Virus record (IMG/VR): IMGVR_UViG_3300046463_000164 | DNA from: a virus | Reading direction: 5' to 3' (one strand) | DNA length: 64,000 bases | Shown: positions 36,038-44,807 of the stretch, in pieces | Position numbering within the stretch: position 1 is the stretch's first letter | How the letters are laid out: every line of letters starts with the position of its first letter | Position numbers and translations under genes: made by a program | Notes under the pieces: model-generated | What the model was told of the DNA's origin: nothing | What the model saw: the letters and a program-made list of their open reading frames with translations, nothing else | Database searches by the model: none

Positions 36038-36793
36038 CTAGAACATAGAGAATAAATCAGCTGATTTCGCGGCTTCCTTTTCTGACTGGATTACTCGGAA
36101 TTCCTTGATCTTCTCAGCAAGCAAGAGCATGTAGTCACGACGATCACGCACAAATACTTGGGCCTCTGAAGCTTTCTCAACTGAGATAATGATCACCAGT
36201 TTCTCAGCTTTCAGACCATACAACTCTTCAAGCATTATAGAATAGCAGGTTGCCTGAAGGAAATAGTTGGTAATGAACTTAGCCAACTTCTCTTTCGTAG
36301 CAGTCTTAAAGTCGATGATAGCCAACTCACCCTTGTACTTGGCGATACAGTCAACTCGACCAGCAAGTCCCATCTTCTTAGACCACATAGGCAATTCAAG
36401 CCCATAGACATCATCGACGTGAATCCGCATCACGCGTTCAATCTGACGATACATGAATTGATAATCGCCGGCCTCTTCAGGCTTAGGATTATTCTTGAGA
36501 AGATATTCAAGTGCCAAGTGGACGCCGGTTCCGCGAGTTGTGCAACGCTCTGACTCAGCATGTGCCTTATCTAGACCCCCAAGCCTTTCTGCCCATCGTT
36601 CGAACCAGCCGTCATCCTTCTCAAGAGAAGCGAGGAAAGTGGTTACTGACGGATATCTTGAACCGTCTGGAGTTACATACAGACGGCCTGTGGGCGAATC
36701 TATATTATAGCAATGATATTCCTCTAGGAAACACTGCCGAAATTTCTTGTCGGCAGTATTCTTGCGAGCTTTTACAAGATCAAATGACGGCAT
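36038..36793 (-). CDS. PD-(D/E)xK exonuclease (Cas4/RecB-like fold)
   Basis: YPSVTTFL, RGTGVH, AGRVDCI, IIDFKT, YFLQATCY. Confidence 0.88.
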   Translation of the reverse strand: MPSFDLVKARKNTADKKFRQCFLEEYHCYNIDSPTGRLYVTPDGSRYPSVTTFLASLEKDDGWFERWAERLGGLDKAHAESERCTTRGTGVHLALEYLLKNNPKPEEAGDYQFMYRQIERVMRIHVDDVYGLELPMWSKKMGLAGRVDCIAKYKGELAIIDFKTATKEKLAKFITNYFLQATCYSIMLEELYGLKAEKLVIIISVEKASEAQVFVRDRRDYMLLLAEKIKEFRVIQSEKEAAKSADLFSMF

Positions 36794-37094
36794 CAGGAAT
36801 ATACTTCAAACTGTAATATTTACCTTGCTTGTGAAAGTAGAAACGACCTTCCAGAACCCCACGTATCATATATTTGATATTACCTTCGAATTCTCCCTGT
36901 GCCATGTAGAAATTGCAACCATTACCATCCTTGAAAAGAGCTACATTGGAAGTATATTTCAGAATCTGATCAAACTCAAACCTACCTATGAACGGGCCAT
37001 TTTGTTCAAAATAAATGCTATCTCTAACATAGTCCGAATGTTTCATATTGCCGTCTTTATCGAACGGAACACTAATCTTTTTAATGACCGCCAT
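36780..37094 (-). CDS. Hypothetical protein
   Basis: 104 aa, overlaps both neighbours in the operon. Confidence 0.7.
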   Translation of the reverse strand: MAVIKKISVPFDKDGNMKHSDYVRDSIYFEQNGPFIGRFEFDQILKYTSNVALFKDGNGCNFYMAQGEFEGNIKYMIRGVLEGRFYFHKQGKYYSLKYIPDAVI

Positions 37095-37626
37095 TCTTCA
37101 CAATCTCCAAAACTTCGTCATAGTGGTAAGGGGCCATCAACCTATCCTTGCGGGTATCCACTCCAACATCCAGACGGTTGGGGAGTACACGGCACTCGTG
37201 GTGGGTGTCTCCATGCAAGTGGCCATGAAGATGGATCGTACCGTGTCGCATTTCTCGCCAGTTCTCGATAGGAAAGTGACACAATACTAGGTATTGATCA
37301 CCGATCTTGATATGGTCATAGTCCTTCATAGATGCAAAGTAACCGGACAGACTACGGAGAGTCTTGCCATCATGGTTGCCCATGATCAACTCGATATTGC
37401 CATTAAGGCGACCCAGTACTTGGGCTGTCTTGGCATAACTACCAAAGCTGACATCACCCAGATGATAAACCCTGTCATGAGGCTTAACTCTCCCATTCCA
37501 AGATTGGACCATCAGTTCCGTCATCTCATCTGCGTCTTTACCGGCTCTTGTGTCAGGACAAAACTCCTGGATTCGCTTATGAAAATAATGCGTATCGCTT
37601 GTGAACCAGGTATCATACAAATTCAT
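37081..37626 (-). CDS. Calcineurin-like metallophosphoesterase
   Basis: TSDTH, HLGD, GNHD, LCHFP, HGHLH, DVGVD. Confidence 0.92.
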   Translation of the reverse strand: MNLYDTWFTSDTHYFHKRIQEFCPDTRAGKDADEMTELMVQSWNGRVKPHDRVYHLGDVSFGSYAKTAQVLGRLNGNIELIMGNHDGKTLRSLSGYFASMKDYDHIKIGDQYLVLCHFPIENWREMRHGTIHLHGHLHGDTHHECRVLPNRLDVGVDTRKDRLMAPYHYDEVLEIVKNGGH

Positions 37627-38546
37627 TTATCCTCCAGAAAGCCTCGGATGATATTGATCCGTGCTTGTTCATCTAATGTCAAAAACTCTGCCTTGTTCTC
37701 AAACAGGAAGTCGATCAGAGGGTAAAACTCCTCATCAATTCGCTGCTTAGCCTGATGATTGCTATCAGACAGAATACCTTCTAGCAACTTCTTCTCTCCA
37801 GCACGAGCTAGGAATTTGGTGATTAGATAATATGGAGACTTGATCTTCAAAGCCTTACCTGAGCTATTACCATATACCATAAATCCTTCGTGCTTGCATT
37901 CCTTGGCCATCTTCACAACGTCCGAGAAACGCATATTCAGATACGACTCAGGACGTTTACAATCCCAATGGAAGGCAAGGTGGTCCAATACACCCTCCAT
38001 AATAGAAACTGTTTGTCCATTGTAATATACGGTGCCGCCAATAAGCCAAGCGCCCAATTCTTCCTTGATGATATGCGGATCAGTTTCATCGCAAATTTCA
38101 AATATCAAGGTGCAAGGACCAAGCTTCTTGATCTGATTTTCATACTGACTTACATGCTTCTCTACAAGGTCAACAAAATCGCTATCCAAACTGCCAGTAG
38201 TAGAGTAGATGAGATCATCTGATAAATCTGGAGCATAAGTAGCAACTCCCATAAAGCCATTGACCTTACGGACTACAGTGCAAATCTCATCGCGATCAAT
38301 GTCTGTGCCGTTCTCATGATGATTGAACACCTTAGTGAACGGCTTAATGACAACATTGTAATCCTCATCTACTACCAAACCGCGACACTCATTCAAATAT
38401 GGGCTGAGATGCCAAAGGTTATCATAGAATACGCTGTTCTTATACTTGAGAACGAACAGACCGGGATATCGCTTGGACTCCTTCCGAGACACCAGCTTCG
38501 GATTGTTCTCCACAAACTTCTTCAGTTCCAGTCGGTCGATATGCAA
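37623..38546 (-). CDS. rnlA: RNA ligase 1 (T4 RnlA-like)
   Basis: ECRGLV, PFTKVFN, motif I KVNGF, FEI, EGFMVY, KIKSPYY; TTG start with GGAG RBS. Confidence 0.85.
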   Translation of the reverse strand: MHIDRLELKKFVENNPKLVSRKESKRYPGLFVLKYKNSVFYDNLWHLSPYLNECRGLVVDEDYNVVIKPFTKVFNHHENGTDIDRDEICTVVRKVNGFMGVATYAPDLSDDLIYSTTGSLDSDFVDLVEKHVSQYENQIKKLGPCTLIFEICDETDPHIIKEELGAWLIGGTVYYNGQTVSIMEGVLDHLAFHWDCKRPESYLNMRFSDVVKMAKECKHEGFMVYGNSSGKALKIKSPYYLITKFLARAGEKKLLEGILSDSNHQAKQRIDEEFYPLIDFLFENKAEFLTLDEQARINIIRGFLEDK

Positions 38547-39003
38547 TTACTTTCTCCATAAATTCTTCGTGTGGCTCATAACGAGCCCGCATCTTGGCCA
38601 TAACATCTTCAGGAACGCCGTGAATACTACCATAGCCGTTATCCAACATACTGAATACCGCAATATCCTTGTTCAGCAGTTTAGCGAACCGGATATAGGG
38701 TTTAGCATCTTGGTACGACAGATTTGTGTTGGACACTATCACTGTCTCATCTTGAGCCAAGAAGGCTTCCGCCGTCTGTAGGCACCAACGATGTGCTCTG
38801 GATAGATTTTCGAATTCAAAGTTGTAAGAGCGGTCGGCATTACGATACCAGTACATATCCGCTTCAATATGAATACATCGATTAGCGCGAGCCAAATCCT
38901 TGGCCAGGGTTGATTTACCTGAGCCGGGAATACCGCGAATCAAAATCAGACAACCATCTTCAGCGGCGTGGTCTAAACCGCCGCTCACTTCATAATTTAT
39001 CAA
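38440..39003 (-). CDS. P-loop kinase (polynucleotide-kinase-like, AAA_33)
   Basis: RGIPGSGKSTLA, EADMY, AHRWC, VSNT, SIHGVP. Confidence 0.85.
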   Translation of the reverse strand: MINYEVSGGLDHAAEDGCLILIRGIPGSGKSTLAKDLARANRCIHIEADMYWYRNADRSYNFEFENLSRAHRWCLQTAEAFLAQDETVIVSNTNLSYQDAKPYIRFAKLLNKDIAVFSMLDNGYGSIHGVPEDVMAKMRARYEPHEEFMEKVIAYRPTGTEEVCGEQSEAGVSEGVQAISRSVRSQV

Positions 39004-39004
39004 G

Positions 39005-39445
39005 TTACAGTCCCAACATCATACGTCTAAAATCCAGCGCATTCTTGATATCGAATCCACGCTGACGCAATTGACCCTTGGCGTCCTCAAGGAACTTGAC
39101 AATACGTTCTGATTCCTTCACCAGTTCTCGCATTTCAGTGACCAGAGGGTCAACATTCATATAGTTTGGAATATCGGTCTTCAGAACCGCTTCAACCAAG
39201 GGTTCCTTGCGATAAACTTCAGATGTTTCCTTACCTGCGTAGTAGCGCTGACGCTTAAACTCAAGCTTGTGCAGTGCCTTCATCAGTTCCGAAAGCTGTC
39301 TTGACTTCTGGATATAGATACGGTTGAGCGAGGTAAAAATTTTGGGGCCTCTGATTGCTTCTCCATCGAGATCATCAGGGTTGATAGTAAGAAGGCGATC
39401 AACCTCCTTTTCAATATCTTCATACGACATTTCCTTGTAGTCCAT
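39005..39445 (-). CDS. uvsY: Recombination mediator UvsY
   Basis: RYYAGK, LKTDIPNYMNVDP, RGFDIKNALDFRR C-terminus. Confidence 0.88.
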   Translation of the reverse strand: MDYKEMSYEDIEKEVDRLLTINPDDLDGEAIRGPKIFTSLNRIYIQKSRQLSELMKALHKLEFKRQRYYAGKETSEVYRKEPLVEAVLKTDIPNYMNVDPLVTEMRELVKESERIVKFLEDAKGQLRQRGFDIKNALDFRRMMLGL

Positions 39446-40335
39446 TACGCCTTTTCCTTCAACTTAACTTCGGCAACAACTTGTTTGACCAGCTTCAACA
39501 GCTGCTCTTGTGAAATCTGATACTCAACTTTACCCGGATTGAGATACGCGCCGTATGCGCTGATCAAACGCTTGCCTTCAAACTTCTGAAGAATCAAAGC
39601 GTCAACTTCCTTTTCCAGGCGGTCGCGTTCATTCGCTTCTTTAGTTGCAAAAGAAAGCACGCCAGATTCGCGTTGAGAATTTAGACGAGACTTAACAAAC
39701 TCCAGACCTTTCGCAGTCAGCTTTGCGACATTCGATTCACGCTGTCCATTGTCATCAATAATGACCGGACGCGTGCCGTAGCCATTTTCCTTGAACCAAG
39801 AGTTCCAGTATAGAGCATTGTTACCCTTATACCGGCTTGCGTATCCCTCAGATACCAACCAATTAGACAGTTGCTGTACCGGCATACCCAGTTGCCCAGC
39901 TGCTTCCTTCACTCCGATGATATACGGAAACACAAGGGTGGTAGTTGCAATCTTGTTAGCAGGTTTAACCTTCGTCGGGGCAACAGTACCAGTATTCTTC
40001 TTGGCCCAATCTGGGACGTAAGATAGGTCGTGGTATTCCTTCGGCTTGTTCGATTCTTCAACGATAGTCTCAGCAACCTTCTTAGCCCAAGCAACGAACG
40101 GAATCAGACCAGGAGTCTTGCTTGCGTCCTTTGCCACTTTGTTGAGAGACTTGACAGTCAGGTAGATCACGCCGTCGATTACAGTTTCACGACGCTTGCC
40201 CTTAGTATGATACCGCAGAGAACTTGCTCGTGAGAATCCTGCTGCATATGCCGCGTCAAGAAGATTGAATACTACCTTGTCGTCTTGATATTTGATGCGA
40301 ATGTCATTACCATTGTAACTACGAATGTAATCCAT
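39445..40335 (-). CDS. Bro-N plus KilA-C/ANT antirepressor-like DNA-binding protein
   Basis: N-terminal YNGNDIRI..VFNLLDAAYAAGF; internal GVKEAAGQLG..LSNWL..GY, KLTAKGLEFV. Confidence 0.7.
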   Translation of the reverse strand: MDYIRSYNGNDIRIKYQDDKVVFNLLDAAYAAGFSRASSLRYHTKGKRRETVIDGVIYLTVKSLNKVAKDASKTPGLIPFVAWAKKVAETIVEESNKPKEYHDLSYVPDWAKKNTGTVAPTKVKPANKIATTTLVFPYIIGVKEAAGQLGMPVQQLSNWLVSEGYASRYKGNNALYWNSWFKENGYGTRPVIIDDNGQRESNVAKLTAKGLEFVKSRLNSQRESGVLSFATKEANERDRLEKEVDALILQKFEGKRLISAYGAYLNPGKVEYQISQEQLLKLVKQVVAEVKLKEKA

Positions 40336-40404
40336 TTCAATCCTTAAGTTTATCGGAAAATCGTATTATACCTTATAGTATGTAAAAAGTAAAGCTGTAA
40401 AATA

Positions 40405-40795
40405 TGAAACCCCGAATGGTTAGTTCGGGGTTTGTTTAAAGCTATCTCAATAGCAAATATGTATGATCAAATCTCTAATCTATTCTAATTCCTCTATACC
40501 CTCAGCATGGTGGACAGAAAGGATAAGATGGCCCATGCCCGATTAAGGGCACAGAACCACTATCCTAAGCAACTCATATACGGAGCCACATCAGGCCAAG
40601 GGTTAAGATATTTTCCCTTAGTAGTCACACCCTCTTGCGCTGTCATAATATCATAACAGTCGAGCCCCCAGGGTCACACCGGACAAAACAAAGTCCTAGA
40701 TTGCGGGGATGGCTTCGCTCGAAACACAGTAAGCCGTAAAACAACCTGCGCGCTGCCGTCTGCATACCGACCACGCAAGTCTACTAATTTAGACT
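40405..40795 (-). ncRNA. Candidate ~390-nt structured non-coding RNA
   Basis: Own promoter (40800-40828) and terminator (40408-40433), no ORF of 60 aa or more, many nested stems. Confidence 0.55.
40408..40433. terminator. Terminator hairpin
   Basis: AAACCCCGAA-TGGTTAG-TTCGGGGTTT. Confidence 0.8.
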
Positions 40796-40799
40796 ACAG

Positions 40800-40828
40800 A
40801 TTATACGGCTATTTCACATAGAAGTCTA
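40800..40828 (-). promoter_or_regulatory. Sigma70-type promoter TAGACT-N17-TATAAT
   Basis: Near-consensus boxes with 17-bp spacing, pointing into ORF-free DNA. Confidence 0.7.
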
Positions 40829-40848
40829 GAGCCTAAATTAATTTACAT

Positions 40849-41115
40849 ATGAAAGGAAACGAAATGAAACGTGATACCCGCAAGGCCATGAATTACCTGA
40901 AGCAACGAGTGGTGGACTTTTTCTTCGTCTACTTCGATCAGAAAACTTCCAGGAAGGTTTTCAACCGCCCTGAAATCGCTATCCCGATGATCAAAACGGC
41001 GATGTTGGATGGAAGTCCTAATAAGACTCGCCTAACCATCTACGCATCTGCCCTACGCGATGCTGTTGAGTACGAACGCCTACGCCTAGCCGACTCAGCA
41101 GAAACGGCAGGATGA
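40849..41115 (+). CDS. Hypothetical protein
   Basis: 88 aa, after CTAAATT motif at 40833. Confidence 0.7.
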   Translation: MKGNEMKRDTRKAMNYLKQRVVDFFFVYFDQKTSRKVFNRPEIAIPMIKTAMLDGSPNKTRLTIYASALRDAVEYERLRLADSAETAG

Positions 41116-41154
41116 GCTGCTAGTCACCCTACGTCACACTATAAGGAATAAAGA

Positions 41155-42660
41155 ATGACGGATATAGTTATAGAACGCGCTAATGCGTCCTTCATACGCG
41201 TGTACACTGATGATAACGGTATTCGTCAGGACATTGAAGATCACTTCTCGTATCAAGAACCCGGCTTCGTGAAAAATAAATGGACGAAGTGGAACGGACA
41301 AGTTCGCCTATTTAAGCGGCGCGGAAATACCCTACCATATGGCTGTCTACATATGCTGTTGGAACTAGCCAAGACAAACGGCTGGAGCTTCGAACTAGAC
41401 ACGGCTTTCAAGAACGATATCTCAGCGGTTAAGCGAGAGGAAATTGAAGACTGGGTCAAGACTCTGGATATACATACAGGCGGTATGCCTATTGATCCGT
41501 ATGACTATCAGATGGATGCTTTATATCTCGGAGTCCGGTTTGGTCGTTACGTTGCACTAGCGGCTACGTCTGCGGGTAAGTCTCTGATTGCCTATTTGTT
41601 GACTCGCTACTATGAAATGTTGAGCAATGAAGACGGTAAGAAGATTCTGATTATCGTCCCTTCTCAGATGTTGGTGGATCAGCTATATTCTGACTTCCAA
41701 GATTACTCTAGCGCCAACGGATGGAAGGTTCATGATATGTGTCACAAGATCATGGAAGGTAGACCGAAGAACGCAAATAAGATGATCTACATTTCGACAT
41801 GGCAATCTATCTATGAAGAAGATGAGGAATACTTCAAGCAGTTTGGTCGCGTCATCAACGATGAGGTTCACTTAGCCAGCGGCAAGTCGATCACAGCTAT
41901 CATGAATAACTGCACCAACGCTTATCAGCGTGTAGGTATGACCGGCACGCTTAAGGCTGAAAAGATTCACCCTATCTTGGTCATGAGCCTGTTTGGTCCT
42001 ATCAAGCGAGTAGTCACAACTAAGCAGTTGATTGATGCCGGGCGTGCCACGGAAGTCTATATCAAGATGTTCCAGTTGAACTACGATAAGACGGAATCTG
42101 AGTATGTCGCTGAATGCAGCTATCAAAAAGAGCTTGAGTTCATCATAGGACACAATCAGAGAAATAAGATGTTGGCTAGTCTTATGTCAAGCGTTAAGGG
42201 TAATACCCTTGTTATGTTTGATCGGCTAGAGCACATCGAGAATGTGAAAGCGTTTCTCGATAAGATTCCTCACGGCAAGAAGGTCTATGTCATCACCGGA
42301 GCGGTGGACCGTGACGAGCGAAACGACATTAAGGCTATTGCTGAGCAGGAAGATGGCGTAATCGTGCTAGGCACGCGCGGATGCGTTTCGACCGGGCTAT
42401 CTATTAAGAAGCTAAGAAACCTCATCTTCGCTCATCCTAGTAAGTCCATCATTACGATCCTTCAGGCAGTTGGTCGTATTATCCGACTCCATGATGAGAA
42501 GGGTAGCGCCCACGTCTATGATCCTATTGACAACTTCTCCTTCGACGGTAAGCCTAACTATGCACTAAAGCACGCATTGGAACGTTGGCAAATCTATAAG
42601 GATGCTGAGATGCCGATTGAGTTCAAATCAATAGCTATGAAGCCTCACGTAGAAGCATAA
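41155..42660 (+). CDS. uvsW: UvsW SF2 DNA/RNA helicase
   Basis: WNGQVRLF, PYDYQ, ATSAGKS, STWQS, DEVH, GMTGT, QAVGR. Confidence 0.95.
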   Translation: MTDIVIERANASFIRVYTDDNGIRQDIEDHFSYQEPGFVKNKWTKWNGQVRLFKRRGNTLPYGCLHMLLELAKTNGWSFELDTAFKNDISAVKREEIEDWVKTLDIHTGGMPIDPYDYQMDALYLGVRFGRYVALAATSAGKSLIAYLLTRYYEMLSNEDGKKILIIVPSQMLVDQLYSDFQDYSSANGWKVHDMCHKIMEGRPKNANKMIYISTWQSIYEEDEEYFKQFGRVINDEVHLASGKSITAIMNNCTNAYQRVGMTGTLKAEKIHPILVMSLFGPIKRVVTTKQLIDAGRATEVYIKMFQLNYDKTESEYVAECSYQKELEFIIGHNQRNKMLASLMSSVKGNTLVMFDRLEHIENVKAFLDKIPHGKKVYVITGAVDRDERNDIKAIAEQEDGVIVLGTRGCVSTGLSIKKLRNLIFAHPSKSIITILQAVGRIIRLHDEKGSAHVYDPIDNFSFDGKPNYALKHALERWQIYKDAEMPIEFKSIAMKPHVEA

Positions 42661-42662
42661 GC

Positions 42663-42692
42663 AAAAAGCCCCTCAGAATCTGAGGGGCTTTT
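42663..42692. terminator. Bidirectional terminator
   Basis: AAAAAGCCCCTCAG-AAT-CTGAGGGGCTTTT between convergent genes. Confidence 0.85.
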
Positions 42693-42711
42693 ATTTTGAT
42701 AATATAGTGGA

Positions 42712-42906
42712 TCACCCTAAGTCTAACATGCCCTTTTGTTTCTTAAGTCTTTCAGCCTGATCATCCAGATCGCGTTGAATGAATAGCAATTTAACGTCTA
42801 GCTGCCAAGGGGTCATGTTCATTATCTCGTAGAGATTCATATTGTGATCCCTAACCAGCACATGTTGTAGTTCCAAGCGATCTATGAGCTGGCCGCCAAT
42901 AATTAT
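42712..42906 (-). CDS. gp51-like baseplate/tail assembly chaperone segment (-1 frame of gp26)
   Basis: Open frame ...LVRDHNMNLYEIMNMTPWQLDVKLLFIQRDL...; MxPW motif; no convincing start of its own. Confidence 0.65.
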   Translation of the reverse strand: MIIGGQLIDRLELQHVLVRDHNMNLYEIMNMTPWQLDVKLLFIQRDLDDQAERLKKQKGMLDLG

Positions 42907-43652
42907 TGAAAAACTTCTTGAACAGAGTTAAACTCGATTTCGTGTACATGTCCGCATTTACTACAAGTCAACTTCTGCTCATAATGCAGATGAGGCATCG
43001 TAGAAAAGAATTTGTCATAAACTTCCTTCTTTTGCATTAGGGTTAGCTGATTCCAAAAATCTCTAAGTTGATCTCTAGTATATTCGTCAGCGTTATATAC
43101 ATTTTCGGCATCGAAGATAGATTCAATACAACTGATGATAGTTTCGATTTCATCGCTGGTATCCGCATCGGCGCTTTCTAGTACAGCAATGCTAGGATAG
43201 CGGAATTTAATACCAATGGGATCGGACACGATGATGGTATTTGTGTGTTCAGCTTCCTCGACAATCTTGAATTCACGAATGTCGATATTAACTGGCATTG
43301 TGTTGTTACATTTGACGGTAACGTCCCCTTCGTCAGTAGTGTTTACAATATCATTGGTGCATAGATATTGTTGCTCAATGATTTCGCCCACCGAATTCTG
43401 ACGTAGGCGCAGGAAGATTTCCTCAATTAGAAATAGCGGTAGTGAATCTACGTCCACATTTGGAGTTTGGCAGCAGGCTTGTACAATCTGCTTGATAGCT
43501 TGCATCTTTTCTCGTTCATCTTCCGCATCCTTGACCTGGATTAGAATGTCTTCCAATCCCACGGTGAAAGGAGTTAGCAAAATCTTTCCTTTAGGTAGAT
43601 ACTTGCTTTTGACTTCGAAAGTCTTTTTTGGGATGATAGGTAATGCGTTCAT
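42903..43652 (-). CDS. gp26: Baseplate hub assembly chaperone gp26
   Basis: LP..PF TVGLEDILI, IFLRLRQNSVGE, GIKFRYPS, FFSTMPHL, CSKCGH. Confidence 0.88.
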   Translation of the reverse strand: MNALPIIPKKTFEVKSKYLPKGKILLTPFTVGLEDILIQVKDAEDEREKMQAIKQIVQACCQTPNVDVDSLPLFLIEEIFLRLRQNSVGEIIEQQYLCTNDIVNTTDEGDVTVKCNNTMPVNIDIREFKIVEEAEHTNTIIVSDPIGIKFRYPSIAVLESADADTSDEIETIISCIESIFDAENVYNADEYTRDQLRDFWNQLTLMQKKEVYDKFFSTMPHLHYEQKLTCSKCGHVHEIEFNSVQEVFQ

Positions 43653-43805
43653 TTAAATCCTTCATTAATGGCGTCTGAAATAATTTAGGGCGATATTTAC
43701 TTCACATACTATGCTCGGTATAATATAGTTTTTTATAGTCGATGTATCCATTTACCTAAATATTCGGCTAAGAGCAATTCCCAATTTCAAAGGTAAAGTG
43801 ATGAA

Positions 43806-44807
43806 ATGAATAAAGCAATTCCTAAAATAAAAACGCCCACCGAGTCCTATACGAACAAGGACTACCCTGAGGCAATAGAATACGCAGCAAAGCAAAATAG
43901 CGTTTTTTGGCTCCACGATGAAGTAAAGGTTGAGAAAGATAAGCAAGACCTGCTAGTTAATATGATCCCTTCTGAAAAGCATGGGGTCATTTCCGTTTCT
44001 AGGCTGTTCACTAAGTATGAGTTGTTTGTGGGTGAAGAGTGGTGGGGTGATGTCGTCGCTAAACGATACCCGCGCCCTGAAATCGCACGTATGGCTAGTG
44101 CCTTCGCTTTCTTCGAACTCAACGTCCACGCCCCATTCTATGCCAAGCTAAATGAAGAGCTAGGTATCGCAACAGACGAATTCTACACCTCCTATGTCAA
44201 TGATCCGGTTCTACATGACCGAATGACCTTCATTGGAGCTATGCTAGAGAATGAAGATGAGCTACTATCGCTAGCAGCATTCACGATGCTTGAAGGCGCG
44301 GTGCTATATTCATCCTTTGCGTTTCTTAAGCATTTCCAGAGCAACGGTAAGAATAAGCTGATGAACCTAGTTCGCGGGATTAACTTCTCTGTACGCGACG
44401 AAAATCTACACTCCGAGGCTGGTGCTTGGCTATTCAAGAAAGTACGCGACGAACTTAAACTTACCAAAAAGCAACTACATGCTCTGGTCGCTAAGATCAA
44501 TGCATGCGCGCTAAAGGTATTTGATCATGAAAGTCGTATCGTAGATATGATTTTCGAACAAGGGGATATTCCAGGAATTACCTCAGATGATTTGAAAGCG
44601 TTCGTGAAGCACCGTATCAATTTCTGTTTATCTAACCTAGATATTGAGCCGGTATTTACTGCAGCAGAAACCGTGAATTCTATCGAAGAATGGTTCTACA
44701 AGGGAATCAACGACTTTCAATTCAACGACTTCTTCAGCGGCGTGGGCAATCAGTATAATCGTAATTGGGAAAAGACAGCATTTGTTTGGAAAGGTAAAGC
44801 GCTATGA
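43806..44807 (+). CDS. nrdB: Class I ribonucleotide reductase beta subunit
   Basis: FWLHDEV, ELNVH, EGAVLYSSF, RDENLH, DFF...Y. Confidence 0.95.
   Translation: MNKAIPKIKTPTESYTNKDYPEAIEYAAKQNSVFWLHDEVKVEKDKQDLLVNMIPSEKHGVISVSRLFTKYELFVGEEWWGDVVAKRYPRPEIARMASAFAFFELNVHAPFYAKLNEELGIATDEFYTSYVNDPVLHDRMTFIGAMLENEDELLSLAAFTMLEGAVLYSSFAFLKHFQSNGKNKLMNLVRGINFSVRDENLHSEAGAWLFKKVRDELKLTKKQLHALVAKINACALKVFDHESRIVDMIFEQGDIPGITSDDLKAFVKHRINFCLSNLDIEPVFTAAETVNSIEEWFYKGINDFQFNDFFSGVGNQYNRNWEKTAFVWKGKAL

Noticed and set aside
38440-38546. 107-nt overlap of kinase and ligase as a programmed fusion
   Set aside because: A TAA in the ligase frame directly precedes its TTG start, so no fusion is possible; more likely a one-base insertion (or sequencing error) near ATG GAG AAA GTA A removed the kinase stop
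40508-40670. tmRNA or RNase P RNA (GGGGGC... and ...TCCACCA on the minus strand)
   Set aside because: Acceptor pairing fails after 3 bp, there is no T arm before the CCA, and the RNase P GAGGAAAGUCC core is absent
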